In this document: positions 14,421-28,125 of the stretch, piece by piece
Layout of the letters: every line of letters begins with the position of its first letter
How positions within the stretch are numbered: the first letter of the stretch is position 1
NCBI GenBank assembly: GCA_965153455.1
Contig: OZ234494.1
Location: 9,982,001 to 10,046,000 of the forward strand
DNA: 64,000 nucleotides
Origin: Sphagnum compactum
Lineage: Eukaryota
Reading direction: 5' to 3'
Program-made: the position numbers and the translations under genes
The notes under the pieces: model-generated
What the model saw: the letters and a program-made list of their open reading frames with translations, nothing else
Databases searched by the model: none
Told to the model about the DNA's origin: nothing

Positions 14421-16799
14421 CTAGGTTATTTATGTATGTTAAAAAAAATGTTTATTATAATATAATTATATATTATATCACATAAAAAGTTTTGTTGCAA
14501 TGGTAAGGAAATTTCGCTCAAATGTGGAGGTCATGAGGAAATCACATCCTTACCCTTATAACTTGAAAGACTACCTACCTAGCTCTTGCTACATGTGGCC
14601 TAGGATTCCTAAGCTCCCTAGGATACCTATGTATGTTTTCAAACATATGTGGCCTAAGTGACCTAACTTAGGTTGCCTCAAGTACCTAATTTATTTTGTA
14701 ATTAGACCAATATCCTTTATGACTATTGAATAAAAATTTCCATGTCATATCTAAAATCACTGCATGTCTTTTTTTATTCATCCAATATAAATATGAAATT
14801 TGTAATCATATGTCTTTTTTCTGACTAAAAAATCTGAAAAATGAATCATATATTTTCAAATTCCTTCTAGTGACAATGTGTAAAACTTCAAAAACTACAA
14901 ACAAAAATTGAATGCGAAATAAATAAATAAAAAGTCAATCTCTTAACTAATGCAAGACAAATAAGAAACACTTGGACTTAAAAGACAAGCCCAACATAAT
15001 GTTAGAAGTTATAGAAAATAATAACCACAAGATGCAAACTAAAAATAAATGTAAAAATAAGAGATTTGTCAAGGCTAATAGGAGAAAGCACAAAATGAAA
15101 TTGTAAATTCAAGTTCAAAATGGACAAGAACTAAGTTGTAAAAGGAACTTTGTGGAAAAAAATGAAGATACAATGAGCTAAGTATGGGTATGATTCTTAG
15201 GGTGATATGGAGGGCACTATGATTGATTGCCCACAAATGCACAATTTTTTCTTTATTCAATGAAGACATTTCTTGTTGTGTTGGGTTGCTACAATTTATC
15301 TCCACAATAAATTTTACTTAAACTTTTAATGATGTACATGCATTTCAACAAATGTTTTTCTCTATTGCATATTGCATTGTCGTTCATAGCTTCCATAATT
15401 TCATGTATTTTAGCCTACATCAAAGAATATTATGTTTGAAGTGTGATTTGTTTAATAGTGTTTGAGATTTAATATGAAACTCAATAAAAATGTCATACCA
15501 ATGTTCATGTACCTTTAATATGAATTTCAAAAATTTCAATACCCATTTCACAAATATTTATACCCTATGAAGGTGATATTTAAATTCATATTCATACTAG
15601 CTTGGTAAGAATAGGGATTTTTTGCACCAAGGAGATGAGTTTCATGTTGAAAAATACATATTCCAATACAACATTGGTTCATAGTTCATACCAATGTTGT
15701 CCAGTTCTTGCTTTTGACCGATTCCAATTCTCAAGTTGATTATCAAGTACGTTACTCATTGGTTCTAAACTTTGAAAGAAAACAAAATTAGAATTGAAAC
15801 TAGAATTGATCCTAACTTTAGAATTTGATCTAGAATAAAAAATTAGTCTTTAACTCAAACCAACCACAAACCGGTTTTATACAAGTTCCAATTATTCATT
15901 TACTATATATATAATAACTTTCTTGAATGTTTATTTATTTATTTATTATTATTGACTAGGGTTAGACATGTTAGTTTGAGAACTAACTTTAAGTATACAA
16001 TTTTTAAATCATAAATTTGGGGTGAGGAGGTTGGCATTATGCATATAATTATTTTTGGAACATGTTTCAAATATATAAGTTTTTTTTTTTGTTGTTGTAG
16101 CCATGTACTTGATATAGAGGGTCATTTTTTAATGGTTGTACAATGCCAATAACTAGAAAAAAAAATCGATTTTTGACTATGTGTAAGTAGATAGAACTAA
16201 ATTTGATTTGGAAGTATACCCATTAATTAAAAATCCTTTTTAAAGAATCTTGAATCATGAAATGTGAAGAACTAGGTTTGAAACCAAATTGAAATTTTTG
16301 TCAAATCAAAATTATTCATTGAATCAAAACTTGGGGTTTATTAAAAATAAATTAAATTAACCAAGACCCAAGGTTCTTTTGAAAAGTAAAAACTTGAAAC
16401 ATTGGTTCATACCATGGCAAAAATGTACAAATAGATGTTGGTTCACCTAAGGCCAAGATTAAAACAAACAACAACAAAAACAAATTTTACATATTTATTT
16501 AATTAGGGGTATTGACTAATGTCAGGTGGTTCTTAAGTTTTTTTTAAAGACCTGTTAAGTTTGGGTTTTACCAGAGTTTACAAGACCCACCTTTGTTATT
16601 TATTTATTTTAGTGTTTTTTCAAGAAACTTGGGCATGGTTTCAAAACTTTGGAAAAATATTTTCATTGGGTTTCAAAGTGTTGATTTTCGCACATTTTAG
16701 ACTTGCTTGTATTCAAAGGCAATTTTCACATATTGCTTTTCAAAAGTTATTTTATTTCCATTTTTTAAAAAATTATACAAAATTTTGGGAAAATGAAAA

Positions 16800-19240
16800 A
16801 AAAATCTTCCCACATTTTATATGTCCACAATTCAAATGATCCCATTCAAATGATCCTTCAAAAAATTTTAAATCTTTTTCAAAATCTACATCCTTTTCAA
16901 TCAACTTCACCAAATTAAAAGGTGGTTTACAACCATTTATAAGATTAAATGGCCAATTTTTGCTAACAAAAATGAAAAATTTTAAATTATTTAATTGTAA
17001 AAAAAATCTCTTTAGGTTTGTAAGTATGTGCATTAAAAAACAATCATTTTAATCTCGATTTGCTATCCTACAATGCTTAAGATTTGGCAGGCCAAAAAAT
17101 TAACTGTAGGAAACATGGCTTCATGTTTTCCCCACCATTGAAAAGGACATTGATTTCCTTGGGGTCAACTTGGTAATGTTGAAGAATCAACAACTCCTTA
17201 ATGACAAGTTCTTTCATTAACTGACTGATGTTGGCAATTTGTTCAAAAATATCCAAATTGGAATCTTCATCAAATGTTTGCTTTACATCCAATTTCAAAT
17301 TATGTCATTGAATAAAAATGATCATAACATTTCATAAGCATAAAATATAAAAATCGTCTATCATGTTCCTCAACAATACTCATATTTTCCCCGTGACCAA
17401 TAAAAGAAAATATTAGACAACTGTTTTTAAATCTAGGGTTTAGCATCAAAGACAACATGTTGTGATTTTTTTTCAAATTTTCTTTAAAAAAAAAAAGATT
17501 TCAAAACACGACAAACTTCTTCTTTTATGTTGGAAGCAAAAAAAAAAAAAACTCAAAGCAATCCTAGAATCATATCATTAATCAAATTGATTTGGCCTGG
17601 TGGATTTTCTTCCTTGAATTTTAACACATAATAATGGCAAATTGCAATGCATCAAAAAGTAACCAATGACTATTAGATTAATTCAAAACATAAACATTCG
17701 CAACACGAAAAATAAATCCACAATTATTTAAAAAATGTGCCATGTTAGAAAAGGTGGCACTCTGCCACTTATTCCAATGACGTTTTCTATGCTATAACAA
17801 ATGATAATAACATCTTTGAATTGAAAAACCTTTTTGAACATAATCATTTTGCTAGCAAACCTACAAAACATTTAATCATGTTATGCTAGTATATGCAATT
17901 GGCAAAATTTAAATAAAACAAAAACAATTAAGTTATTAAAATAATTAAAAGTTCACTTTGTCCTCACTAGAATATTCAATTTTCTTGGGTGAAGTTTAAA
18001 ATGTGAACAAGCCTGGTTTTATTCATATTTGCCCTTTTTAGATTTAAAAAGTCAAGTTATACATTTCTGTGAATTTGATTGGGTTGATTTGATGGAAACA
18101 AATCCGAAATTTCTATAAACCTTTTCATTAGTAACACGACTTTCACATGCCTTAAAAAAAGAATGGCCAAAACAAGTACCTTGAAAACTTTCATCCAAAG
18201 TTAGGACTTCACATTTCACAATAAATTTCAAAGCAATTGTCACAATATTCAAATTTGACCCCCTCATCTTTGACATATGCAATGACTTTTTTCAGTCCAT
18301 ATTGCTCAACAATTTTGTCAACTTGTTGGCCAAGGCTGGACCATTGTCTTTGTTGCTTGAAATAAACCAATAGTCACTTGTTTAGGCTAATAATCAAATC
18401 CCACGGAATTTTAAAAAAAGCAAATATATCATATGTTGCCTTGAACATCGATAAATCAAAGCTTGTTGTTGCAAAAATACAATTTGTTAATATTGGCAAA
18501 ACATGTGTTTTCTTCACCAAATTAAGTAATTTATTGAAATAATTGTTTTTTGGAAGGGAAGACAATTCAAAGACACAAGTGTAAAACTAAATGTTTTAAC
18601 TAAACAATTTCAACAAACTACAAGGGCAAGTGAATTTTCACTATCAAAAAACCAAAGTTTTGCAAAAACTCTTTTTGGTACACATCATTTTTTTGGAAAG
18701 AATCTTTAACAATAAAAAAATTTATTATCGGGCTTAACACTTTAAGCCTTTTTTTTGTTAGTTATTTTTCAACTAAACCTCTTATTAAACTATTGACCCT
18801 TTTTTCAAAAACAATTGCAATTATGGCATGATCTACATTCACATGTTTTTTCAAAATAATTATTATATAAATTTTATAATATGTTATTAAACCTTTTCTA
18901 TCTTTAGTGCTTATATTAAAATTGTTCACATGACTTGCATAACAAATAATTCATCTCATGACTTGAAGACTTCCCCCTTCAACATTTTTCCTATCATTAA
19001 CACAATAGAAAACCTATTATAATGATTTTTATTATGTCCTCTCCATATTTTTATTTGAAAATGTAGTTTTTGAAATTTTATTTGCATTTTTTCTTCATTA
19101 TCCTTTGCTTTACTATTTTTTATTTTGAGACGTTCATTTTCTAATGTTTCCACAATTTCCTTTCCAATATCTATTTCATTAACATTTAATTCCATTCCAT
19201 TTTCAGTGGACATTATATTTTCATTTTGACTAGATTCCAT
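16800..19240 (-). mobile_element. Decayed hAT-family DNA transposase relic (copy 1)
   Basis: Broken ORFs give ATTSFDL, GSNLNIVTIALKFIVKCEVL, FQGTCFGHSFFKAC and a C-terminal dimerisation-like segment (YQVDPKEI...). Many stops and frameshifts. Collinear with the relic at 55.2-56.8 kb. Confidence 0.75.
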
Positions 19241-19689
19241 TTGCCACTAGATTATTACAAGAAAATTACCTAAACTAGAGGAGAAATAAAAAATAAGTAT
19301 ATTTTTTGTCAAAATAATGGGTTCAATGTTTAGTTATCTCAACTATATGCAAATCAAATCAAAACATTTATAAACACTTATAATTATGAAAAAAAAAATC
19401 CTTTTTATCCTTTTTTTTCATCATTCAAAAATTTTAAGATGCAAAAGAATATGAATTATTTTTTTTGTGAATAGATATATGTTTGAATAAGTGTGTTTAT
19501 TGGCCTTGCACACAACAAATTTAATAAAACAATTCAAACAAAATATTACAAACAAACACCTTGAAATTTGAAATTTGAAATTAAACATCTTGAAACTGAA
19601 TGGAATTTGAGAAAAAAAAAATTCACCTAAAAATAAAAATTGAAATTGAAACTTGAAAAAACCTTCAACTCTTGAACATTTGCACAAAG

Positions 19690-20075
19690 CAAAACTAAGA
19701 GAAGAATCGAGGAGCAAAAGAACAAAAAATAGTAAAATTAAGAGAAGGCCAAGGATTAATAAAAAGGTACCTTAAGGTGTTGAGGAGTAGCAAAACCATG
19801 AGAGGTATTGAAAAGTAAAAGAACAAAAGCAACAAAACTATGCAAAGGCCAAGGATCAACAAATAGGTATTTTAAAACATTAAGGAGCAACAAAACCATG
19901 AGAGGCACCAATGAACAACAAAACTAAAAGTTTGATGAACAAAAAAACAAAAGCAACAAAACTAAGAGAAGTGCCAATGAGCAAAGGAAAAAAAGTAGCA
20001 AAAACAATGAGAGGCACCAATGAACAAAACCAAAAGGTTTGATGAACAAAGGAACAGAAGCAACAAAACTAAAAG
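19690..20075. repeat. Degenerate A-rich tandem repeats upstream of the hAT relic
   Basis: Recurring aaaactaagagaag / aaaaccatgagaggcaccaatgaacaa / ccaaggat units. Confidence 0.55.
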
Positions 20076-22381
20076 ATACCTACTTCACAAGTTAGGTTGT
20101 TACAACTTGTGGTACAACTTGTGAGGTTCTCTTGGGGGCTTGTAGCAAAAATGGACCATTAACAAAGACCAAAGTTTTGTTGGACAAGTAGGGTGTGTGC
20201 CAAAAACAACATGATTTTTATAGTCGGTCCTCTTTAGACCTTGAATGACAAAAAAATATATATGCATCTTGATCTGGGTATTTTTCATTGTTCATGTTTT
20301 GCCAACTTAGAAATTGTATAGATATCATTATATTTTCTTTGTGATGGAAACTAAAAATGTGACGGATGATTTTAATAGATGTAGCATCCATCAATTGTGA
20401 TTGGATTGGATGGAAAATCATGTTTTACAAAACTACAAGTGTGGAATTTTTAATTTGGTGATAGTGCCATTTGAAGAGTGAATTTTTTTGTGTTTATCAT
20501 TTATAAAAATCTAAACACAATAGATTCACAAACCTTTAAGATAACAATACAAATTACAATTTTTGTCATGGGTTAACATTGTACATAAAATTTAGACCTT
20601 GTATATTAGTTGTTTCATCTATAATTATAGATGGGTGCAGTCACAATCAAATGAGTCGAAAAGCAAGCTAAATCTCAATGAATTTTTTTAATAATTATGA
20701 ATATCTCTATGTATTAACATTTGAAAATCATGGGATCATAAATTTTTTGCCTAAATAATTCGTATGAGTGTCGAGGAATTAGAATTTTCAATTAATTTAA
20801 AAATTTGGTTTGGGTTAAGGATTTTTGAATGTGCATAACTCTTGTATCATAATAATGTCCATTTTGCAAAGGATTTCATAATTTTCTTAAAACCCACTTG
20901 TTGATTGGTATAAGATTTTGGGTGATAAGAAACTACAAGTCACACACAAAAAACTGCTCATTATTGAAAAATTGTGTAATGTGAACCTTTAAAAGATATA
21001 TTTGAATTTTCAATAGGTATGAATTTTAAAAGTGTTTTACCACATATCAATGGGGTGCAATGTAGTTGATGTACAAAGCCAAGTTCTTTGTTACAATAAA
21101 AAAAAATTGAACAATAAAACAATGAATAGATTTTTGTTTGACTTGAAATTTTATTAGATATTAAAAAAAATTCTTATATTAAATTTCAAATCAAACAAGG
21201 AACACGAACATTTTATAAAATCAGTGTTTTTTTCGATATTGATTATCAAACAAATGGTGAGGTATTGGCCCAATATCTAGCACATTTAATGACGAGTTAA
21301 AAAAATTAATTCAAAAATCTCTTTTTGTGAAAAAGTTATTTTCGGTAAAAGGACCCCCCATTCCTTGGATTTAATAATGTAGTTGGCTTGTTTGAGTGCA
21401 ATTTGACCCAAATAAAATATGGACCTTGTATACTTACTCTTAGCTAGAGTAATTTTGAAATATTCAAATTGGGCTGCCCAACTCTGTATATGTGTGTGTG
21501 TGTATGTGTTCTCCAAATTTTCTGATGTTGCATGAATTATGAACTCTGGAGAGGGATTTAAAATTATATGGCAATAGGATTCCAGAATATGTTCAAAAAG
21601 TGGAAAACTACTTTAAAAAATGCCCCAAACTCAAATCCAAGTTGAAATGTGGCAATTTCTTTTTGATATTTGGTCATTTTTTTCTCAAAATGCAAGGACT
21701 ACACAATCAAAATTTTTTTTTTCCCACATTGTTTGAAATTTCACCTACCAAAAAAAGGCTGGCTTGACCCATTTTTTGAGGTAATTAAATATTTCATTAA
21801 AAAATGTCAATTAGCAGTGGTGGGTTCGGTATTTGTATGATTGTCATGTGAAAAAGCCACAATAATTTGTACATGAGTTTATTAAAAAATGTGGACCTTT
21901 GTAAACCCTTTTTAGTATTCTTCACAATGAAGCAAACATGAAGTCCTCTTCACAAGCACTTTAAACTTTTGAAAGCACCCATTGGGTTGGGTATTATAAC
22001 ACTCAGAATTACTCTAATGAGGAGATGGAGTACTTACATTGAGCATGAGCATAAAACATGAGATCACATTTCCTTTGTTGTGAATATTCAAGCACATGAT
22101 GTGTCAGGGAAAAGGCGGACATGGAGTGCTCTTTGGGATTAAAATCTAGGGACCTGCAAATTTCGGGGTAATGGGTTTGGATCAAACGCCAGACTGCACA
22201 ATTCAGGTTTTTCTAAACTACAGTTGGGTGGAGACTGCTTGTCATCATGCATGTATCCAATTGAGAACTAAAGGCATCTGCAATTTCAGTGTTCAGTGAT
22301 GAGAAAATTGCCCAATTTAATTCACTCTATGTTCAATGATGGTCCAAAGGGCAATTTACCCCAGGTAGCCCAGCAATATAT

Positions 22382-25081
22382 CTACAGCTTCTTCCTTTTC
22401 TTCTTACCTACACGTCTGAGCTCAAGAGAGCTGTCAAAGCATTCCCGAAATCCATAGTGAGGTTGCCTTTCATACCATGTGTCCTGCTGCTCATGAGTAT
22501 CCCAATGCTCACCACTGCTACTCTTGCCATACATGTGCACCCACCCAGTTCCATTGTGGCCTTCACCCCAAGTTCTGTTCCAGCGCTCACCTTGTTGGCC
22601 TTCCCACCAAGTCTCTCCCTGCTTTTTTCCACACCCCTGCTGATCGAATCGCTCATCCCATTTGTCCCCCCACTTGGTCCAACCACCTCCATACTCAGAT
22701 CGTTCCGCCCATTTGTCTGTGTACTTCATGGATGCTCCTTTCCCATCATACTCCTCACCCCACCTGCATAACAGATGAGGACTTTCAGTTCATCACTGGC
22801 CTCACCATTGTTTCTTTACAGACCCTGCTGCCATTCTTCATACCCAGTGGATAAGAATAACAAGAGGGGTTCACCGCAACAAAGACAATCATGCATCTGA
22901 GACAAAAAAAATGCACAAGCCTTGTGCCAGATGTTTGTAACTCATGGAAGCATCTGAGAACTCACCTTTCATGCCAGACATGGGCATGGCCAGGTTCCAA
23001 GGGTGTGTTGGGGTCAACTTGGCTCCACTTGTCAGCCCACTTTTCTGCACGACCTGAGGCATCATAATGTTCCTTCCACTTTTCATGCCATTGTCCTCCT
23101 ACCCCATTCTTTGCCCACTTATCTGCGCTTTTCTCTATATGCAAGAGGCCAGTTGTGGAATCCTGTCAAGAATCCAGAAAAAGATCATGGACGTGTTTGA
23201 AACATTCCTCAAATAGGACACATTGTCTAGTTGCTAAAGAAACTACAGCTCAGGAGGGAATTTGAGAACTGAACCAGGCTCAAATGCTATGATGACTTCC
23301 TTGTTGTGCATGTCATATTAAGGAACTGTTGAAGGCAAACTCCACAACTGGTGCAGCATTTAAAAGAGAATTCTGTTTTGCATTTTGCTCGTTTTTGCAC
23401 AGCCACTAAGAGCACCTGCTAGTGGAGAGCAGAGGACAGACCTGCCACATAGCCTCTTGCCACAATTCCCGCCACACGCTCCCTTTGGAATCCCGACCTG
23501 ACTTCTCTGCTCCAAGCTCCTTATAGTCGTAGGAATCAGCAGCATCCCAAAACTTCTCCTCCCATTCCACACTTTCATCAGCACTCACCCCTCTTCTGAC
23601 AGTCCAGTTGCAGATCACCCCATTAGCTCGGTACTCTGTGCCTTTTTCTTGCCACCATCGAGATCCATCTGGATACACGCCACTGGTCTCCTTTCCTGAA
23701 CTTTGTATCCCTTGTCTCACTGCAGTAACAGTTTCAGTGTGAAGCTCAGGCATCTTAAATACAGGCTTCTCCTGCAGCTCCTGCTCTCCAACCTTCTCCT
23801 TCTCCACTTCCAACAGAGATTGAAGAGGTGGTAGTGATGGGGTAGCCTTACTTTGAAAGGCAAGAGGCAATCCTTCTTCCATCTTGCTTGCATTTCTCTC
23901 TAGCGGAAGTGTAAGACTCTCCGGAAGCTTCTCCTTTTCAAGCAATTCTGGCATTGGGACCTTTGGGAATCCCACTTCAGCTCTTTGTGGTGTATTGTAT
24001 GCCATCTTTCCGTCAGGTGGTGGAGTCCATGACCAGAAATCAGGGCCTGGAGTTGCCTGTGAACCAAGTGTCAATCCTGTTGCAAAAGATGCTCCAGCTG
24101 CAGAATCTGCTGATGATGATGGTCTGTGTTGAAGAAGAGCAGGGGGGTTCACTTCTACAGAAGAAGTGGGAACCCATTTGTGCAAGCCGCCTGCTGTGAA
24201 TGTGCTTCTTGCCCTAGCTGGTGCTGGTGCATGTGTAGCTTGTTGGTCTGCGAGTAATGCCTGTGCAGCTGCTAGTGCTGCTGCTGCTCGGGTCACCACT
24301 TGCAGTTTCTCAGCTCTGTCCCTCTCCTCTGCTGGCACCTACATACAAAGTGAGGAGGAGGAATCTGACATTTAGGGTCCTTCTATCTCGGCCCTCTGCA
24401 ACCACATTTCTGCTGGGAAAATCACTGAATTTGCATTTCTCTCTACCCTATGTAGCCCTAACAATAAAGAAATGGAGATCTCCCAAACCACTGAATTTGC
24501 TTTGCGATATAATCTTGGGGAAGAAAGGAGGGATTTGTCCACCCACCCAACAGACCGCAATTTGTGAGAAAAGTCTGAAAAGAATAAATTCCACTACTCA
24601 CCTTAAGAATTTCGGCAAATTGTTGTTCTCTGCGAGCTTGATCAGTCTCTTGTTGGGATGGCAGGTCAAGTACGTCACGACCCAATGTCGCAGAAGAATT
24701 CTGCTCGCGCGCTTCCCGAACACGCTCTTGTTCCTGTCGTGCTCTGGCTCGTTTCCACATGCTGAGATAGGAATTGTCATCCTCCTGCTGCTCCGTCGAG
24801 CCTGGCCACTGCACATCGCCGCCTGTTTCCACATTGCTGGGACGTAATGAAGCGACAAGCACGAGCAGGCGCTGTCGTCGTCCCCCGACTTCCTTCCGTC
24901 TCAAGAGGACCTGTCCACCAGAAAAAAGGTGGCCTCTGCGAATTGGAAATGCCGCAAACCCAGCCGCACCGCCACCGCGACGAGAAGAAGACGAAGCATT
25001 TCTTACAGATGCTGCTGCTCCCGCACCACCACACCCCACACTCACATGTGCACCTTGTTGCAAGCACCAGAATCTCGCCAT
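22382..25081 (-). CDS. LESV: LIKE EARLY STARVATION (LESV)-type plastid starch-granule protein with Trp-rich C-terminal domain, about 651 aa
   Basis: Exons 25081-24602, 24338-23442, 23162-22966, 22763-22382 splice in frame (1956 nt). Ser/Arg/Ala-rich transit-peptide-like N-terminus, helical segment (EERDRAEKLQVVTRAAAALAAA), TPGPDFWSWTPP motif, and Trp-rich domain (WEEKFWDA, GAEKSGRD, EKWADKW, SSSGEHWDTH). Confidence 0.88.
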
Positions 25082-26897
25082 GACGACGACGACAGACGAC
25101 TCTCAATATCCCCACTCCGCAAATCTCCACACAAATCTCTCCTGAGACACACACAAACCTGCGCGTATTGTGCAATTCAGGAGAGGAGAAGAAAACTGCA
25201 GATTGCACCCACCCACGCACCCACCGACTGTGTGTGTGCAACAGGAGTATCCTCACTCAGAAGACAAAAGCTGAAAACAAAAAGAGTCCGTTCCTCCTCC
25301 TCCTCCTCTTCTTACCCGGCTGCCCACAACACCCTCCTTCTTCTTCGCACCGGATTTCATCTCCACCACCAGTGATGCTACCTGTCGCCCATCTCTCGGT
25401 CTGATCCTATAGACCCACTCACGCGGACGGCAACGGTTTCGGACACTCCTCCTGTGGCCGCCGAGGCGGCTGTTGGCACCACCCACGGGTGACTCTTTTT
25501 CTGCCTTAGAGTTCTGTGCTCTTCTTCCTCTTCGCCTTTTCTGAATTCCGTGATTTCTGTGCACTCCTTCCTCTGGGTCTTTTCTGAATTCCGTGATCAG
25601 AAGGATAACTCTGCTGCTGCTGCGCAATGTGAGCCTTGATGGGCGAACTGGAATCAGAAACAAAATGTATCATCAAACATCAATCCTGTGACAAAAACCA
25701 CAAATTGACAAAATGGGCTTTTAGGAGATGAGCAAAAGGCAAACAGTAAAGGCTGCCAGGAATCTCAAGGACATAGCATCCATGTGATGGAAGCTCCTGG
25801 AACTGGGCCATCTATGACTCTCAATGAGCACAGATGAGATGGCTGAAATTATTGCTACTTATGCCAACAACGACATCAATTTCCCATGCAGGTGTGCATC
25901 AACTTGCACTCACTTGTTTCATCTTCCTGGAGTTGATCTCTTTCTCTTTCAACCTTGCCTTCTTGTTTGCACATTTGGCACCACCCCCATTGAAAGTGTG
26001 GCAATGTGTTTGTCTCTGTCAAATAGTTTGTGTGTCTTTGGAAACCCAGTACTTTTGGGCACACTTTTGAGAGAGTCATCACCTCTCTCAAGGCTTGAAC
26101 AACTTGTCAATTCTGCAAGCTGGATTGATTGGCCTACATCCGCAAAGGCATGACAACTGCTCTGAACTAACTACTTGATTGAAAAATTCACCGCAATTGC
26201 AACAGATCTGTCTCTCTGTCTCTGTGTGGATCTGTCTCACCACCACTCTTGCTAGCTTGATGGTGAGGCTGTAAAAGAAATGTCAACCTGGCAAGCTTCC
26301 TCCATGCTGATACATCTCATTGTAATATACTAGATGTCTGACTATTCTCATACATACTGGCAACCCTCCTGCTGGCTGAAGCATGTGATCACAATACTGC
26401 AACTCATCTGCATTTCAGCAACCTGTGATGAGACTGGATTTTCCAATTATCTTATCTCACACAGTATTTTCTACATTCACTGATGAGACAGACAAGACTA
26501 GGCAAGGCACTAGACTTCGCGCTGGCAAATAATTTTATTGACTTTTCATGACAGAGATTATGACACTGAACCCATTCAGCTGGAATTTTAGCTATTGACA
26601 ACTGTGGCAGATACACTATCAGAAATTCTACTTTATATCCAGAAGGCATAGAGCACCACAAGTGGAGCCTCCTGTGAGGACTACTGTACAAATGAATGTC
26701 AAACACATCGGCATACAAATTCAGTGTATGTGGTTGCATGACAAGCTGAAGCAACAAACTTGCGTCCCCATACTTGTGTCAACAGCATCTTTTCAAACCA
26801 GGTCAACTGCAGACAGTGGTGATTGCCTAATAACAGCTTATTTGTGCATCTACTATATCAATTTACCAAGCTCGATCTATAGACGCAGCAAGACCTG

Positions 26898-28125
26898 TTA
26901 CCAGTTCTCCTTCATAACCTTTGCTTTCTCAAGGATGAATTTGCCTTCCTTATACTTCTGAGACTCCTCAAAAGCCTTCTCGTATTTCCAACCAAGCACC
27001 TCTTGGCACTGGAAACAGTGGATGTCTGCCACCGTGTGCATACCTGTCATGAGATGGCGGTCTTCCTTGGGTCCAACAGATACATTCACCACGTTTGCAA
27101 CTAGGTAAGCTCTGCCATTCCTTCCCTGTAACAACACAGACAAAGCAAATTTCTCTGTCTCAGAAGACAACCTGATGATCCCTGCACAGATTGTGACATC
27201 ACCTGAAATGGATCTGGACCTCAGTCTTTAGTAGATCCTACCATCTGACCTGAAATAGACTCAAACAGATGCTGATGCTCACAATTACACCCTGCTCCTT
27301 ATATTACACTGGCATTGAAACTGCTGTATGTATGGCTCCAAAGGTCTTTAACAAAAAAAAGCATGTCATAGTGTAGCAAAATTGAGATAAAAGCTGTGAG
27401 AGAATTCAATTCTTATGCAGCAGGTTCTTGGCCTTGCAGATGCCATGGTGAACAGCAGAATTTCAACACAGCACTCAAAGAGCAAATGAGGAAACAGCAG
27501 TAGCACTCCACTGTGTGATGAATCCCATGTCTGTGAATCTGATCATTCAGCTATGTCTATGATGTTCTTGCTGCTTGCTTGGATTCCGATGGTGGTGAAA
27601 TTTTGCAGTGCCTCCTAAGGCGCTTCTGTCAGCAGCCTAATTAGTGTCATGAGGGTTCACAAGGTCTTTGTGACCTGCGATTCATTCTCAATTGTCGCTC
27701 CTCGCTTCTTCTTCCCTTGGTTCCTGGCAGAAAATTACGTACCCTAACTAACAACCTCGCGCAGAAATCCATAACAAAACTCCTTGTTGTCCATCTCGCC
27801 CCACCGAATCCAAAATTGAGCAACGAGCCGAATCCATCCCAAAGCATACACAATATCAAAGACAAACAAACAAACACGCACACGCACGCACCCGCACAAC
27901 AACTCCCCGTCCACACACACATGATTTTATTCTTTCTCCCAGTAAGTAGAAACAAGAATCAACAACCAAAGCAAAGAGACGAAGAAGAAGAAGAAGAAAA
28001 AGAAGAAGCAGCACCTGAAAGCATTTGGAAATAATGTCGTCGTGGTCGGAGACATGGCAGCGGCAATTGCAACAGCTGTAGATGCGCGGGCCTGCATGGT
28101 GCGCTAATCCATCCACTTCCCCCAT
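26898..28125 (-). CDS. Yippee-like (YPEL) zinc-binding protein, 112 aa
   Basis: Exons 28125-28015 and 27125-26898 in frame. YSCCNC...[15 protein letters not shown]...[43 protein letters not shown] is the Yippee signature with two CxxC pairs. Confidence 0.93.

Noticed and set aside
23247..23259. 13-nt match to miR390 (AGCTCAGGAGGGA)
   Set aside because: It lies in a LESV intron, the rest of the 21-mer does not match, and there is no hairpin or second site. Likely chance.
22457..25375. Several plus-strand ORFs antisense to LESV
   Set aside because: Shadow ORFs of GC-rich coding exons with no independent motifs.
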